20,000 nucleotides of DNA from an uncultured virus (IMG/VR IMGVR_UViG_3300011865_000032) (Duplodnaviria; Heunggongvirae; Uroviricota; Caudoviricetes). The notes below the pieces were generated by a model. That model ran no database searches. It was given only the letters and a program-made list of their open reading frames with translations, and was not told the origin of the DNA. Below, piece after piece: positions 1 to 8,473 of this stretch (positions are counted from its first letter, which is position 1; every line of letters begins with the position of its first letter). The stretch lies in the IMG/VR virus record IMGVR_UViG_3300011865_000032. The stretch is one strand, 5' to 3'. A program made the position numbers and the translations under genes.

Positions 1-612
1 TTCATTTTTAACGATCATTATTATGGACTGAGTTTCTTAGAATCATTATTTGAAAATAATGAAGAGTTTATAAAATCATTGCAATATAATTTTATTTTTT
101 CTAATATTCAATCAATATCAATAAGTAAATCTGCGGTAGATGATATAGATAAAAATATAGATTTAATTACTTCTTTTATTAGTCAAAGGTTAGATAAAAT
201 AGATGATAAAGAACTCGCTTTATTGTTCTTAATTTCTTTTAATGATTTTCTAATGATATGTCCTTCTTTTAAACAGTTTAAACTTTCTTCTACTGATACA
301 GTTTATAACAAAGATCGGTATAATGAATATAAACCTATTTTATGGAATATGTCAGAAACTTGTAAAATTATTTTTTCTGATGACATGAAAAATATGGATA
401 TATTAAAACATATGCAAGTTTCAGATAATATTCAACATATGCTATTTGATTATTTAGAAGTGTTTAAACCACCATTTCTTGAAGGTATCAATATTAAAGA
501 AGCTTCATTAAAAATGAATATTATTGACATTTATTTTTTATATGAAAAAGATTTATTAGATAACACTTTTAAAGTGTACAATAAAAGTGTTAATAATAAA
601 AGAAGATTATAG
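1..612 (+). CDS. Hypothetical protein, 5'-truncated by the window edge; carries the shared C-terminal tail (EKDLLDNTFKVYNKSVNNKRRL)
   Basis: Frame 1 is open from base 1 to TAG at 610-612, so the TTG at 79 is probably not the real start. Confidence 0.75.
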   Translation, partial: FIFNDHYYGLSFLESLFENNEEFIKSLQYNFIFSNIQSISISKSAVDDIDKNIDLITSFISQRLDKIDDKELALLFLISFNDFLMICPSFKQFKLSSTDTVYNKDRYNEYKPILWNMSETCKIIFSDDMKNMDILKHMQVSDNIQHMLFDYLEVFKPPFLEGINIKEASLKMNIIDIYFLYEKDLLDNTFKVYNKSVNNKRRL

Positions 613-613
613 A

Positions 614-871
614 TTAATTTCCACGGCGAGCTATATATCCTTCTGGTTCGCTGTCCATATCTTTTAGTTTTAAAAATTCAGAATCTGCTAATGCCCTGTC
701 TTCAAAGCAAAAACGTTTTTCAAACCCCCATAAATTAACATTTGTATAAATTGCACGAGTGAATAATAAGTTTCCTATACCTACAATACTATTGTCTTCC
801 AGTTGGCGAACAGAAATAAATTCCCACATTTCTTTAATTTTTAAAAGTTCTTCTTCATTAAGTTTAGACAT
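614..871 (-). CDS. Small conserved phage-type hypothetical protein
   Basis: 85-aa ORF with its own promoter. The motif LLFTRAI...WGFEKRFCFE...EPEGY resembles a hypothetical family I recall from phages. Confidence 0.75.
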   Translation of the reverse strand: MSKLNEEELLKIKEMWEFISVRQLEDNSIVGIGNLLFTRAIYTNVNLWGFEKRFCFEDRALADSEFLKLKDMDSEPEGYIARRGN

Positions 872-904
872 GGTTTTATCTCATCTTCTGTTAACATTTT
901 ATCT

Positions 905-933
905 ACTATAGCTTAACTAAAGAGGTTACACAA
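905..933 (-). promoter_or_regulatory. Sigma70-type promoter for 614..871
   Basis: Minus strand reads TTGTGT-17bp-TATAGT. Confidence 0.55.
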
Positions 934-938
934 CTTAT

Positions 939-997
939 TTTTGTTCATGAAAATTATATGTTCATGATTCGTGAACACTGAAAATCCGTGAACAAAA
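939..997. promoter_or_regulatory. Symmetric four-box inverted/direct repeat (putative protein-binding site)
   Basis: TGTTCATGA at 942-950 and 959-967; inverted copies TCGTGAACA at 969-977 and CCGTGAACA at 986-994. Period 17 bp on each side, dyad centre at 968. Confidence 0.6.
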
Positions 998-1020
998 CAC
1001 TTTAATTTAAATCTATTTTT

Positions 1021-1029
1021 TGCTATAAT
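1021..1029 (+). promoter_or_regulatory. Extended -10 promoter element for the ferredoxin gene
   Basis: TGCTATAAT about 30 nt upstream of the ATG, followed by a GAGAGG/AGG RBS. Confidence 0.6.
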
Positions 1030-1060
1030 GAGATATTGTCAATAGAGAGGTTTAGGTATT

Positions 1061-1309
1061 ATGAGAGTATTAAACATTTTAAAATCAGAGTTTGAAAATT
1101 CTCAACACACTTCTATTTTAAACTATTTAATTGCTAATAAAATTGTTGTTAATTTCCATTGTGCTGATGGCTATTGTGGGATGTGTCATTCAGTGTTAAA
1201 ATCAGGTAAAATTCAAACAAGTGATAAAGCTATTGGTTATACTCCAAAAAATGAATTTTTGATTTGCTGTTCAAAACCTGTTAGTGATATTACAATCGAA
1301 TTATATTAA
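1061..1309 (+). CDS. yfaE: 2Fe-2S ferredoxin, YfaE-like (class Ia ribonucleotide reductase maintenance ferredoxin)
   Basis: HCADGYCGMC...LICCSKPVSDITIEL matches the plant-type C-x4-C-x2-C...C motif and aligns by eye with E. coli YfaE (QCREGYCGSC...LPCCCRAKGDIEIEM). Confidence 0.85.
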   Translation: MRVLNILKSEFENSQHTSILNYLIANKIVVNFHCADGYCGMCHSVLKSGKIQTSDKAIGYTPKNEFLICCSKPVSDITIELY

Positions 1310-1317
1310 GGAATTTT

Positions 1318-1659
1318 ATGGCAAGCGAACCAGTAAATAAGCGTTTTACTATTTTCAATAAACATAAATTTATCTTTAGGTTTTTGAAAAAAACAGAATT
1401 TAAAGATGACTCTATTTTTTCTATTGAAAATTCTGAAAAGAAAGAAAAATATGAAATTATTCTTTTTATAGGACATATTTTCTATAAAAAACATAACACT
1501 CATACTTTTTCTTTCATTTTTAAACGATTTTCCTTGACATATTACAACCATGAAAAACTTAAACCGATTCAAAATGATAAAACTTTTATCAATAAAGATA
1601 GAATTATATCACCTATGGTATTTTTCAAAAAAAAGATGCCTGAAACAAAAAAACTCTAG
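1318..1659 (+). CDS. Hypothetical basic protein, probably co-transcribed with the ferredoxin
   Basis: 113-aa ORF with an AAGGA RBS directly after the ferredoxin stop. Confidence 0.55.
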   Translation: MASEPVNKRFTIFNKHKFIFRFLKKTEFKDDSIFSIENSEKKEKYEIILFIGHIFYKKHNTHTFSFIFKRFSLTYYNHEKLKPIQNDKTFINKDRIISPMVFFKKKMPETKKL

Positions 1660-1685
1660 ACATTCTTCTTTTATCTTTATATAAT
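1657..1685 (+). promoter_or_regulatory. Sigma70-type promoter for the MazG-like gene
   Basis: TAGACA-17bp-TATAAT. Confidence 0.65.
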
Positions 1686-1715
1686 TATGACTCATTAATC
1701 AAAAGGAAATATGTT

Positions 1716-2372
1716 ATGAACTTGAACAAACTGCTGTCTTTTATCTTCACTACTTCACTCGAACTTAATCGTGTAAAAGACGATCCTTATCGCACAAATG
1801 CTTACATTTTTGAAAAAGTAGACGAAGAAGTTGGTGAAATGGCAACAGAACTTCTGATTCAGAAAAATAACTTCCTTAATCTTTCACCGGGTAAAGACGG
1901 TCTTGCTGGCGAAACAGTCGATGCTTTTGTCTCTATTGTTGATTTTTATTCAAATCAGCAAGTTGGCAAATGCAAACATGTTATTGCAAAAGAACTTATT
2001 GAAGCTCTGAACAACGAATATCAAACTACATTTGTTACGGTAGAAGATGTGTTTAATCATGCTTTTATTGCTTATGATGGCAAACTTGATTCCGAATCAG
2101 TTTTTAAAGGTTTGGTTGCTTTGAAAGGTGAAATTAATTGCCAGATGCATATTGATAAAGGCCTGAGCTATAAATTGCCAGAACCAGGCAAACTCGAAAA
2201 ACTGACGGTTCAGTTTATTGCTTTGAATATGTTCTATTATGAACTTATTTCTGATAAAACTACCGAATCAACTGTAGAAGACTTCTGCAATACCGTCTTT
2301 GTTAAGATGAACAAATGGCGTAAAACTCGTGGCTTTAAAGAAATTGATATTAATGCCTTCATGAATAACTAA
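1716..2372 (+). CDS. MazG-like all-alpha NTP pyrophosphohydrolase with an apparent second, degenerate copy of the domain
   Basis: EKVDEEVGEMA...GKDGLAGETVD fits the EExxE...ExxD metal-binding motif. AAAGGA RBS upstream. Confidence 0.7.
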   Translation: MNLNKLLSFIFTTSLELNRVKDDPYRTNAYIFEKVDEEVGEMATELLIQKNNFLNLSPGKDGLAGETVDAFVSIVDFYSNQQVGKCKHVIAKELIEALNNEYQTTFVTVEDVFNHAFIAYDGKLDSESVFKGLVALKGEINCQMHIDKGLSYKLPEPGKLEKLTVQFIALNMFYYELISDKTTESTVEDFCNTVFVKMNKWRKTRGFKEIDINAFMNN

Positions 2373-2383
2373 TACATTAAAAT

Positions 2384-2414
2384 AAAAAAGAGCAACTCCT
2401 GTTGCTCTTTTTTT
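2384..2414 (+). terminator. Intrinsic terminator (bidirectional form)
   Basis: AAAAAAGAGCAAC-TCCT-GTTGCTCTTTTTT. Confidence 0.85.
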
Positions 2415-2448
2415 ATATTTAATATTTCAAAAGGAGAGATATATAAAA

Positions 2449-4098
2449 ATGAAAAATAAACTCTCTATTATAGATAAATTTAAAGATTTATTAACTATAA
2501 ATAAAACATCACTAGAAGATAAAGTAAATCTTCAATTCATTAATTCTCTTTTAAAAGAATATCCTACTAATAGTTTAAACACATTTTCGTCTGCAGAAGA
2601 AAATGTTCAATATGATATTATACATAAAATAACCACTTTTTCTGACAACATTATTCTTAAACATCCAGAATGTCTTTTTTATCTAAATAGATATTTGAGA
2701 CATCAATTTTCTAATATGAGAACTTTTCTTAATAAAAAAAAATCTGTATATAAAGAAAATAAATTCTTAAATGAAAAATATGCTTATTATATTGAACTTT
2801 TATATAATAATGGATTAATAGAACCATTAAAATTACATATTAATGAACAACCACATTTTATTCATATATTTAATGAAATAAAAAATTTCAGTGTGAAAAA
2901 ATTGTGTTGTGACATTAATCTTTTAAATACACAAAAAAGAAAAAATAATGATTCTTTTAATACTTCTTCAAATAGTTTATACTTAGATTTATTATATAAA
3001 TTTAATCCTGAATTACACCTTCATTCTAACTCCACTTTTTGTAGTCTTTATATATCTAATCATAATTCCGAAAATTCACTTAATTCGGAAAATTTATCTC
3101 CTGTTATATTTAAAAATAAAGAAATATTTGAACACATCTTAAAGCAATGTGTTATACCTAAAAATGATTTATTTTTAAACATTTTTTTTAATAAAATGCT
3201 TTCTTTTTCTCAAGAAAAAATTATTAGTGAGGTTGAATTTAAAAATAATATTATTATAGCTAAACCTTTTATAGAAAATAATGAATTCTTTTTAAACAAT
3301 GTACGAAATTCTATTTTTCAACATATAAATTTAGAAGAACTAATAATATTAAATAATGAAACACCTAATTTTTACCAAGCTATTAAAGAAATAAATAACA
3401 TTTCTGTTTATAAAGAGCATATATATTGGGATAAATATGAAGATACTTTTAAATACTTTATTATGCAAGATTCTATTAATAATCAGAACACTACTAAAAA
3501 TATAGCTAATGTTTTTATTTTAAATGGAAATGAAGAACACTTATTATTTCTTTATAATATTTTAAAAAATAATGATACATTTATTCAATATTTAACTTCT
3601 TTATTTATTAATTCTGAAGAACATTGCTATAAAATGTCTCAAAGTACAATACAAAAAATTGGCAATAATATAAAAAATAAGATACCTTTTATTGAAAAAA
3701 TAATCAATAATGTAACAAATGAAGACATTATTTTGGATTTTTTAATTTCTTTTAATGAATTAAATTTAGTTTTTGCTTCTCCTGGTTTAGATTTAAACAA
3801 AGATCAAAATTACAAAGATTCCGATTCTGTCATTCACTGGATTTTTTCATCTTTTTGCAAAACTTTATTTTCAGTTGATTTTAAAAATTACAATATTTTT
3901 AATCAAATTAAAGAAAACTATACTTTTGAGAACCTTTTATTTAAATATATAAAAATAAATAAACCTGATTTTTTATCAGATATTGATTTTCAAAATACTA
4001 ATTTAAAGATGGAAGATATATCTAATTTATTTCAGAATAGATTGTTACAACAAACTTTTAAAATAGAAGAAAAGAAAAATAAAATTAAAAGATTATAA
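2449..4098 (+). CDS. Large N/K/I-rich hypothetical protein with the shared C-terminal tail (QNRLLQQTFKIEEKKNKIKRL)
   Basis: 549-aa ORF, AAGGAG RBS; no recognisable catalytic motif. Confidence 0.8.
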   Translation: MKNKLSIIDKFKDLLTINKTSLEDKVNLQFINSLLKEYPTNSLNTFSSAEENVQYDIIHKITTFSDNIILKHPECLFYLNRYLRHQFSNMRTFLNKKKSVYKENKFLNEKYAYYIELLYNNGLIEPLKLHINEQPHFIHIFNEIKNFSVKKLCCDINLLNTQKRKNNDSFNTSSNSLYLDLLYKFNPELHLHSNSTFCSLYISNHNSENSLNSENLSPVIFKNKEIFEHILKQCVIPKNDLFLNIFFNKMLSFSQEKIISEVEFKNNIIIAKPFIENNEFFLNNVRNSIFQHINLEELIILNNETPNFYQAIKEINNISVYKEHIYWDKYEDTFKYFIMQDSINNQNTTKNIANVFILNGNEEHLLFLYNILKNNDTFIQYLTSLFINSEEHCYKMSQSTIQKIGNNIKNKIPFIEKIINNVTNEDIILDFLISFNELNLVFASPGLDLNKDQNYKDSDSVIHWIFSSFCKTLFSVDFKNYNIFNQIKENYTFENLLFKYIKINKPDFLSDIDFQNTNLKMEDISNLFQNRLLQQTFKIEEKKNKIKRL

Positions 4099-4106
4099 AT
4101 ATTTCT

Positions 4107-5648
4107 TTATTTTTCACGGAAAAATAAATTCCTTTTAAATATAGTATTAGGATGATCGTCGCATAAATCTTCTGATCGTTTAAACCATACTGAAACATGT
4201 TCTTGTTGTTCTTTTCTTAATTTAGGATTATTTATAATGTAAATATTATAATATTGATTTTCTATTATGAGTTTCGCTGTTTTACTTTCACAAATAGATT
4301 CCCAGTCATATAAATCATCTACATTATTTAAATCTTTATAAATGTTTTTTACTCCATGACTTTCTAAATCATATCGTGAGAACCAATTATAATATGGTAA
4401 TTGAATGTATTTTAAAAAAGGTAAATTTTCTAAAATTTTAACACTATTGGGTGCGAAGTCCGGGTGACTATTTAGATATACTAAATCTTTTTCGTATAAT
4501 ATTTTATTTGAATTTATGTCTTTTGATATCCATCCTGATAACATAGAGTTATATTCATACTCATATTTATTTAAATTTCCATATTGATAACTTACTGAAA
4601 CAAAAAACAAATAAGTTAAACATGTTAAAGCACCACTCACTCTTATTATGTTTTTATTTTTTAAAGCATATAAATAAATAAAAGCTACAATCATATTTAC
4701 AACAATAAATACTCTTGGTCTTGCAAAAACTTCATCCAACAGTATAAAAGGACCCCATATAGATAAGAAAATTAATGGTATTGCTAAAACATAGATTAAT
4801 TTATTTGTTATTTTTTTTTCTTTTACTAAACCTATTAAAAAATTATAAATAAAAATAAAACATATTATTCCAAAAAATATCAAAAAAGGAGTAAACCAGA
4901 TACCATATAAAAATTCAGATATATAACTTATAGCTGTTTTCAAATTACTGAACAAATCTTTTATTTCTATTAACTTAGTTCTATTTGTTGATGCATTAGT
5001 TAATCTAAATAATGTAAAATAAATAATTAAAGATGCTAAATATAATAAAATCCCTTTCATTGTTTCTTTAAATTTTGTCTCTTCATTTTTCCATTTCATC
5101 AAAATATTCATAAATACTAATGCTATAAATAATTGAATGGCTGGTTGGAAAAAAGCAATTGCTATTGTTAATATTAATATTGTTGATAAATAATTTTTCC
5201 AGCTACTACATTTTATAATGTAAGCCATTAATACCAAAGCAACTGCTGATGACATAGTTAAACTATCATATTGATACGAAAGATTCTGAAGAAAAAGAGG
5301 AAATAAAATTAAAAAGCTTAGTGCTATATGATTAAATATGTTTTTTTCTTTTATTAAATGTTTCGTGAATAAATATAAACCTGAGCTTAATATAAAAAGA
5401 CTTAACAAAAATGTTAGTGGAGCTATATTTGTTAAACCACCCATATTAAATGATAATATGTGCATTAATGTATTAGCAGAACCTCGACCTAATGTTTCCC
5501 ATGCATTACCTTTTAATAATCTCACATAATCATCTCTGAAAGGTAAATTATTATTTATTAGGGGATAAATAAAAATGCCCAATAATAAAAAGAAAGCAAA
5601 GAAGCTCTCTTTTCCTGATAAATCTTTATTTAACCATTGCTTGATCAT
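4107..5648 (-). CDS. GtrII-family (Glucos_trans_II-like, GT-C fold) polytopic membrane glucosyltransferase
   Basis: FRDDYVR...W...GR, PLFLQNLSYQYDSLTM and FFQ motifs typical of serotype-converting GtrII proteins; many TM helices plus a C-terminal soluble domain. Start placed at MIKQWL (5648); the ORF track starts at 5711. Confidence 0.75.
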   Translation of the reverse strand: MIKQWLNKDLSGKESFFAFFLLLGIFIYPLINNNLPFRDDYVRLLKGNAWETLGRGSANTLMHILSFNMGGLTNIAPLTFLLSLFILSSGLYLFTKHLIKEKNIFNHIALSFLILFPLFLQNLSYQYDSLTMSSAVALVLMAYIIKCSSWKNYLSTILILTIAIAFFQPAIQLFIALVFMNILMKWKNEETKFKETMKGILLYLASLIIYFTLFRLTNASTNRTKLIEIKDLFSNLKTAISYISEFLYGIWFTPFLIFFGIICFIFIYNFLIGLVKEKKITNKLIYVLAIPLIFLSIWGPFILLDEVFARPRVFIVVNMIVAFIYLYALKNKNIIRVSGALTCLTYLFFVSVSYQYGNLNKYEYEYNSMLSGWISKDINSNKILYEKDLVYLNSHPDFAPNSVKILENLPFLKYIQLPYYNWFSRYDLESHGVKNIYKDLNNVDDLYDWESICESKTAKLIIENQYYNIYIINNPKLRKEQQEHVSVWFKRSEDLCDDHPNTIFKRNLFFREK

Positions 5649-5751
5649 ATTTATATATTTCCAGAAATTAGTTTCCAAAAACATAGTGAAATATTTTATA
5701 ACGATAGTCAATAAAGTAAAAAATTTTATTTAAAGTAAATTAATCATCTGA

Positions 5752-6618
5752 TTAAATCCGTTTTTTTATTACATTTTGTTTTATATCAGTGATAATATTA
5801 GATATTTCTTCTTTTTCTATCTCGCTTTTCACATGTTCTAATAAATTTTTTGGTAATGTCATGTTAAAATAATTTTTACCTGAATTGGTTTTAATCTCAA
5901 TGTTTACATTCTTTCTTACTAAAAATTTAAATAATTCCATACTTTCTGTATTGATTTCTCTTGTTGATAAATATTGACTTTCCATATTCAAAAGTAGTGT
6001 ATGTAAAACATTATATCCAGCTTTTAATGGTATTCTTCTTTCTAATTCTTCAACAGCAATAGAATTACTTGTTTCTTTAAAAAGTTTATAATGTTCCGAT
6101 TCAATTAAAGATATTAAATTCTCTGCTTTTATTTTATCTTTTTCGTTTTTAACAATAAATTCTAACAAATCTAATCTATTTTTTAAACATAAATTCGACC
6201 ATAGATTCATACTGTTATTATATGAAATACTTACAAAATCATGATTTCTTAAATTATATAATTCTTGAAATATTTTTAATTCATTGCTATCTGGATTTTC
6301 TTTTAATTCCATAAAAGAATTTAACATCGAATTAAAAAAAATAGTCAAATCATTCTTTTTTTCTAAATCTTTTTTCAGTGAAACAAAAAGATTATAGTTT
6401 TTATTTTTTATTGCATTTTGCAAATAACCAATAGCATCAATTTTTGTAGTATCATAATTAATTTTATTAGCCAAAAATTTGAATACTCTTTCATCATTAT
6501 TAAAACAAGCATAATATAACAGGTTATTCTCTTTAATATTTTCTTGTGATAATTCTTTTTTTTCTAAATCAGATAATGAGCAATAAGTCACGCTACTTTT
6601 TAAAAATTTTGTATCCAT
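5752..6618 (-). CDS. Ankyrin-repeat-like protein with the shared C-terminal tail (EKEEISNIITDIKQNVIKKRI)
   Basis: Degenerate ANK repeats: LLYYACFNNDERVFKFL, YLQNAIKNKNYNLF, and GYNVLH...LFKFLVRKNVNIEIKTNSGKN. AAGGA RBS before MDTKF at 6618. Confidence 0.65.
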   Translation of the reverse strand: MDTKFLKSSVTYCSLSDLEKKELSQENIKENNLLYYACFNNDERVFKFLANKINYDTTKIDAIGYLQNAIKNKNYNLFVSLKKDLEKKNDLTIFFNSMLNSFMELKENPDSNELKIFQELYNLRNHDFVSISYNNSMNLWSNLCLKNRLDLLEFIVKNEKDKIKAENLISLIESEHYKLFKETSNSIAVEELERRIPLKAGYNVLHTLLLNMESQYLSTREINTESMELFKFLVRKNVNIEIKTNSGKNYFNMTLPKNLLEHVKSEIEKEEISNIITDIKQNVIKKRI

Positions 6619-6694
6619 ATTTCTTCCTTTATTCTCTCTAACTATTATCATTCATCTTTCCTTGTGTGACAATATCTGATCATATTAAAATATC

Positions 6695-6723
6695 TAGACT
6701 TCCGTATGTTTTTTCGCTATACT
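6695..6723 (+). promoter_or_regulatory. Sigma70-type promoter
   Basis: TAGACT-17bp-TATACT upstream of 6751. Confidence 0.6.
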
Positions 6724-6750
6724 GTAATCATAAATTAAAGAGAGGTTATT

Positions 6751-6975
6751 ATGAAAAGTTTATCTATTCTTTCAACTTCCGAAGTCAGAGATATTTTTCT
6801 TACTCTGCTTTGCCTTTCTCTCAATATTTTGATGGCTTATGGAATGCACAATTTTAGTCAATCCTATGCTTCTAATAATCCATACCTTAAAGTTACTTTA
6901 ATTGTAGTTCTTAGCTTTGCATTTTTATTAAACATTTACTGTTTTAATAAAATTTTTGGAAAAAAATCCAATTAA
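6751..6975 (+). CDS. Small membrane protein with two TM helices
   Basis: GAGAGG RBS, two hydrophobic segments, basic C-terminus; flanked by a promoter and a terminator. Confidence 0.7.
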   Translation: MKSLSILSTSEVRDIFLTLLCLSLNILMAYGMHNFSQSYASNNPYLKVTLIVVLSFAFLLNIYCFNKIFGKKSN

Positions 6976-6978
6976 AAG

Positions 6979-7005
6979 AAAAAAGCCCTTTAGGGCTTTT
7001 TTTTT
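6979..7005. terminator. Bidirectional intrinsic terminator
   Basis: AAAAAAGCCCT-TT-AGGGCTTTTTTTTT between convergent genes. Confidence 0.85.
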
Positions 7006-7050
7006 ACCCTTCCTCCCCGTAAAGCCTCGTCCTAAGGGCAGGGAGTATCA
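7006..7050. mobile_element. Possible IS200/IS605-family terminal hairpin remnant (no transposase)
   Basis: GC-rich island TTCCTCCCCGTAAAGCCTCGTCCTAAGGGCAGGGAGTATCA, resembling the AAGCCyCGyCCTwwAGGGCGGGGAG..TCA subterminal hairpin of IS605/tnpB elements. Confidence 0.4.
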
Positions 7051-7671
7051 CAATCTGTTTCTTTTCTTTATATTAATATTTGGTGCTACTTTCATTACAT
7101 TTTTAATTTCTTGTTGATCTGATTCAATTAATTTGTTTTTGTAATGATCTACATAAGCATCAATATCTTTTATTGTTATGTTTTTAGATTTCTCAAATTC
7201 CATATATGTTTCGGCTATTTTTATCATCATAATAAATATGGTTAGAATAACACCTGTTGTTATGATTTTGTCTAACATATTAGATATAACAGGCATATTA
7301 AAATAAACAGCAAATTGTTGATAACTAATTATCATTAATGATAATGCATAATAACCAAAAAAAACAAACACATGAAAACCCGATTTTGAGAAAGAATTAG
7401 ATATATTTTCATACAAAAGAACAGATGATAATTCTTCTGTATTAGAGTTATTAAAAACTCTTCTTAATTTTCTAATAATAAGTGTTGTAGTCAAGACTTC
7501 TACTATTTTCATAACGAAGAACACTAATAAAGAAAAAATTGAAACAATAATTACTTTATTAAAATTAGAATGGCATAATTGACCCACAATTGCCGTAAAT
7601 ATAGTCATTAATATTAATGTTTTCATCAGCTTATTATCATTTTTTTCTACAAAATAAACTAAATTATTCAT
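7048..7671 (-). CDS. Membrane protein (about 4 TM) with the shared C-terminal tail (ESDQQEIKNVMKVAPNINIKKRNRL)
   Basis: 207-aa ORF, GAGGA RBS, four hydrophobic segments. Confidence 0.75.
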   Translation of the reverse strand: MNNLVYFVEKNDNKLMKTLILMTIFTAIVGQLCHSNFNKVIIVSIFSLLVFFVMKIVEVLTTTLIIRKLRRVFNNSNTEELSSVLLYENISNSFSKSGFHVFVFFGYYALSLMIISYQQFAVYFNMPVISNMLDKIITTGVILTIFIMMIKIAETYMEFEKSKNITIKDIDAYVDHYKNKLIESDQQEIKNVMKVAPNINIKKRNRL

Positions 7672-7757
7672 AATGGTTCCTCATTGTATTTTCACTGATT
7701 TTAGCATGTTTTTTACAGAAAAACAGCATTATTTTTTATAATAATTTCATATTTTTC

Positions 7758-7786
7758 TTGTGCTTTTTTCATATATTTGCTACATT
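7758..7786 (+). promoter_or_regulatory. Sigma70-type promoter with extended -10
   Basis: TTGTGC-17bp-(TGC)TACATT. Confidence 0.5.
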
Positions 7787-7812
7787 GATTATATCACTCA
7801 AAAAGGCGAAAA

Positions 7813-8430
7813 ATGAAAATGAACACAATTAACCCTCTTTCTATTATTCTTGATACTGATGGTGTAATCCTTGATTTTGATAAAGGTTACATTTCAGCAG
7901 GACAATATTTATTTGATAAAGAAATCAAAGAAGTTAAAAAATCATGGTCTCTTACTGAAAAATATAATCTTACGGTAGAAGAAGATAATAAAATTTGGGA
8001 TTATTTTGCAAAAGGCGGTTGGAAAAATTTACCACTTATCCCTGGTGCAGATGAAGCATTCCATGAATTGAAATCTCTTGGTTTCTCTATCCATGTAGTT
8101 ACAGGTATTCGTCCTGAACATTCAGATATGAGATTACAAAATTTTTCTAAATATGATTTAACACCAGATAGTATTGATTGTGTCGGTCATGGTAGTAGTT
8201 CAAAAACTTTTGCCATACAAAAATATAAACCAATTGCTCTTGTAGATGACAGACTTCAGCACATTAATGAAAATTTGTATGTCCCTAATCGTTGTTGGAT
8301 TGACTTAAATGATGATCAAAAAGAAAATAAACTTTGCACTAAAAATGCAACTTTTATTTCGGCAACCTTAAAGCATTTTGTGGATGAATGTAAAAATTTA
8401 TTGGTTGAACCATTCAAAACTGCCATTTAA
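7813..8430 (+). CDS. HAD-superfamily hydrolase, 5'(3')-deoxyribonucleotidase-like
   Basis: Motif I IILDTDGVILDF, motif II HVVTG, motif III K (SSKT), motif IV LVDDR. Confidence 0.85.
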   Translation: MKMNTINPLSIILDTDGVILDFDKGYISAGQYLFDKEIKEVKKSWSLTEKYNLTVEEDNKIWDYFAKGGWKNLPLIPGADEAFHELKSLGFSIHVVTGIRPEHSDMRLQNFSKYDLTPDSIDCVGHGSSSKTFAIQKYKPIALVDDRLQHINENLYVPNRCWIDLNDDQKENKLCTKNATFISATLKHFVDECKNLLVEPFKTAI

Positions 8431-8445
8431 TTTATAAAGCCTAAT

Positions 8446-8473
8446 AAAAAAAGACCTGCGAAGGTCTTTTTTT
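8446..8473. terminator. Bidirectional intrinsic terminator
   Basis: AAAAAAAGACCT-GCGA-AGGTCTTTTTTT between convergent genes. Confidence 0.85.

Noticed and set aside
1306..1572. 88-aa minus-strand ORF
   Set aside because: Antisense overlap of 1318..1659, which has the RBS and operon context.
5338..5529. 63-aa plus-strand ORF
   Set aside because: Lies wholly antisense within the GtrII-family gene.
6666..6857. 63-aa plus-strand ORF
   Set aside because: GTG start without an RBS; runs across the promoter and start of the better-supported 6751..6975 gene.
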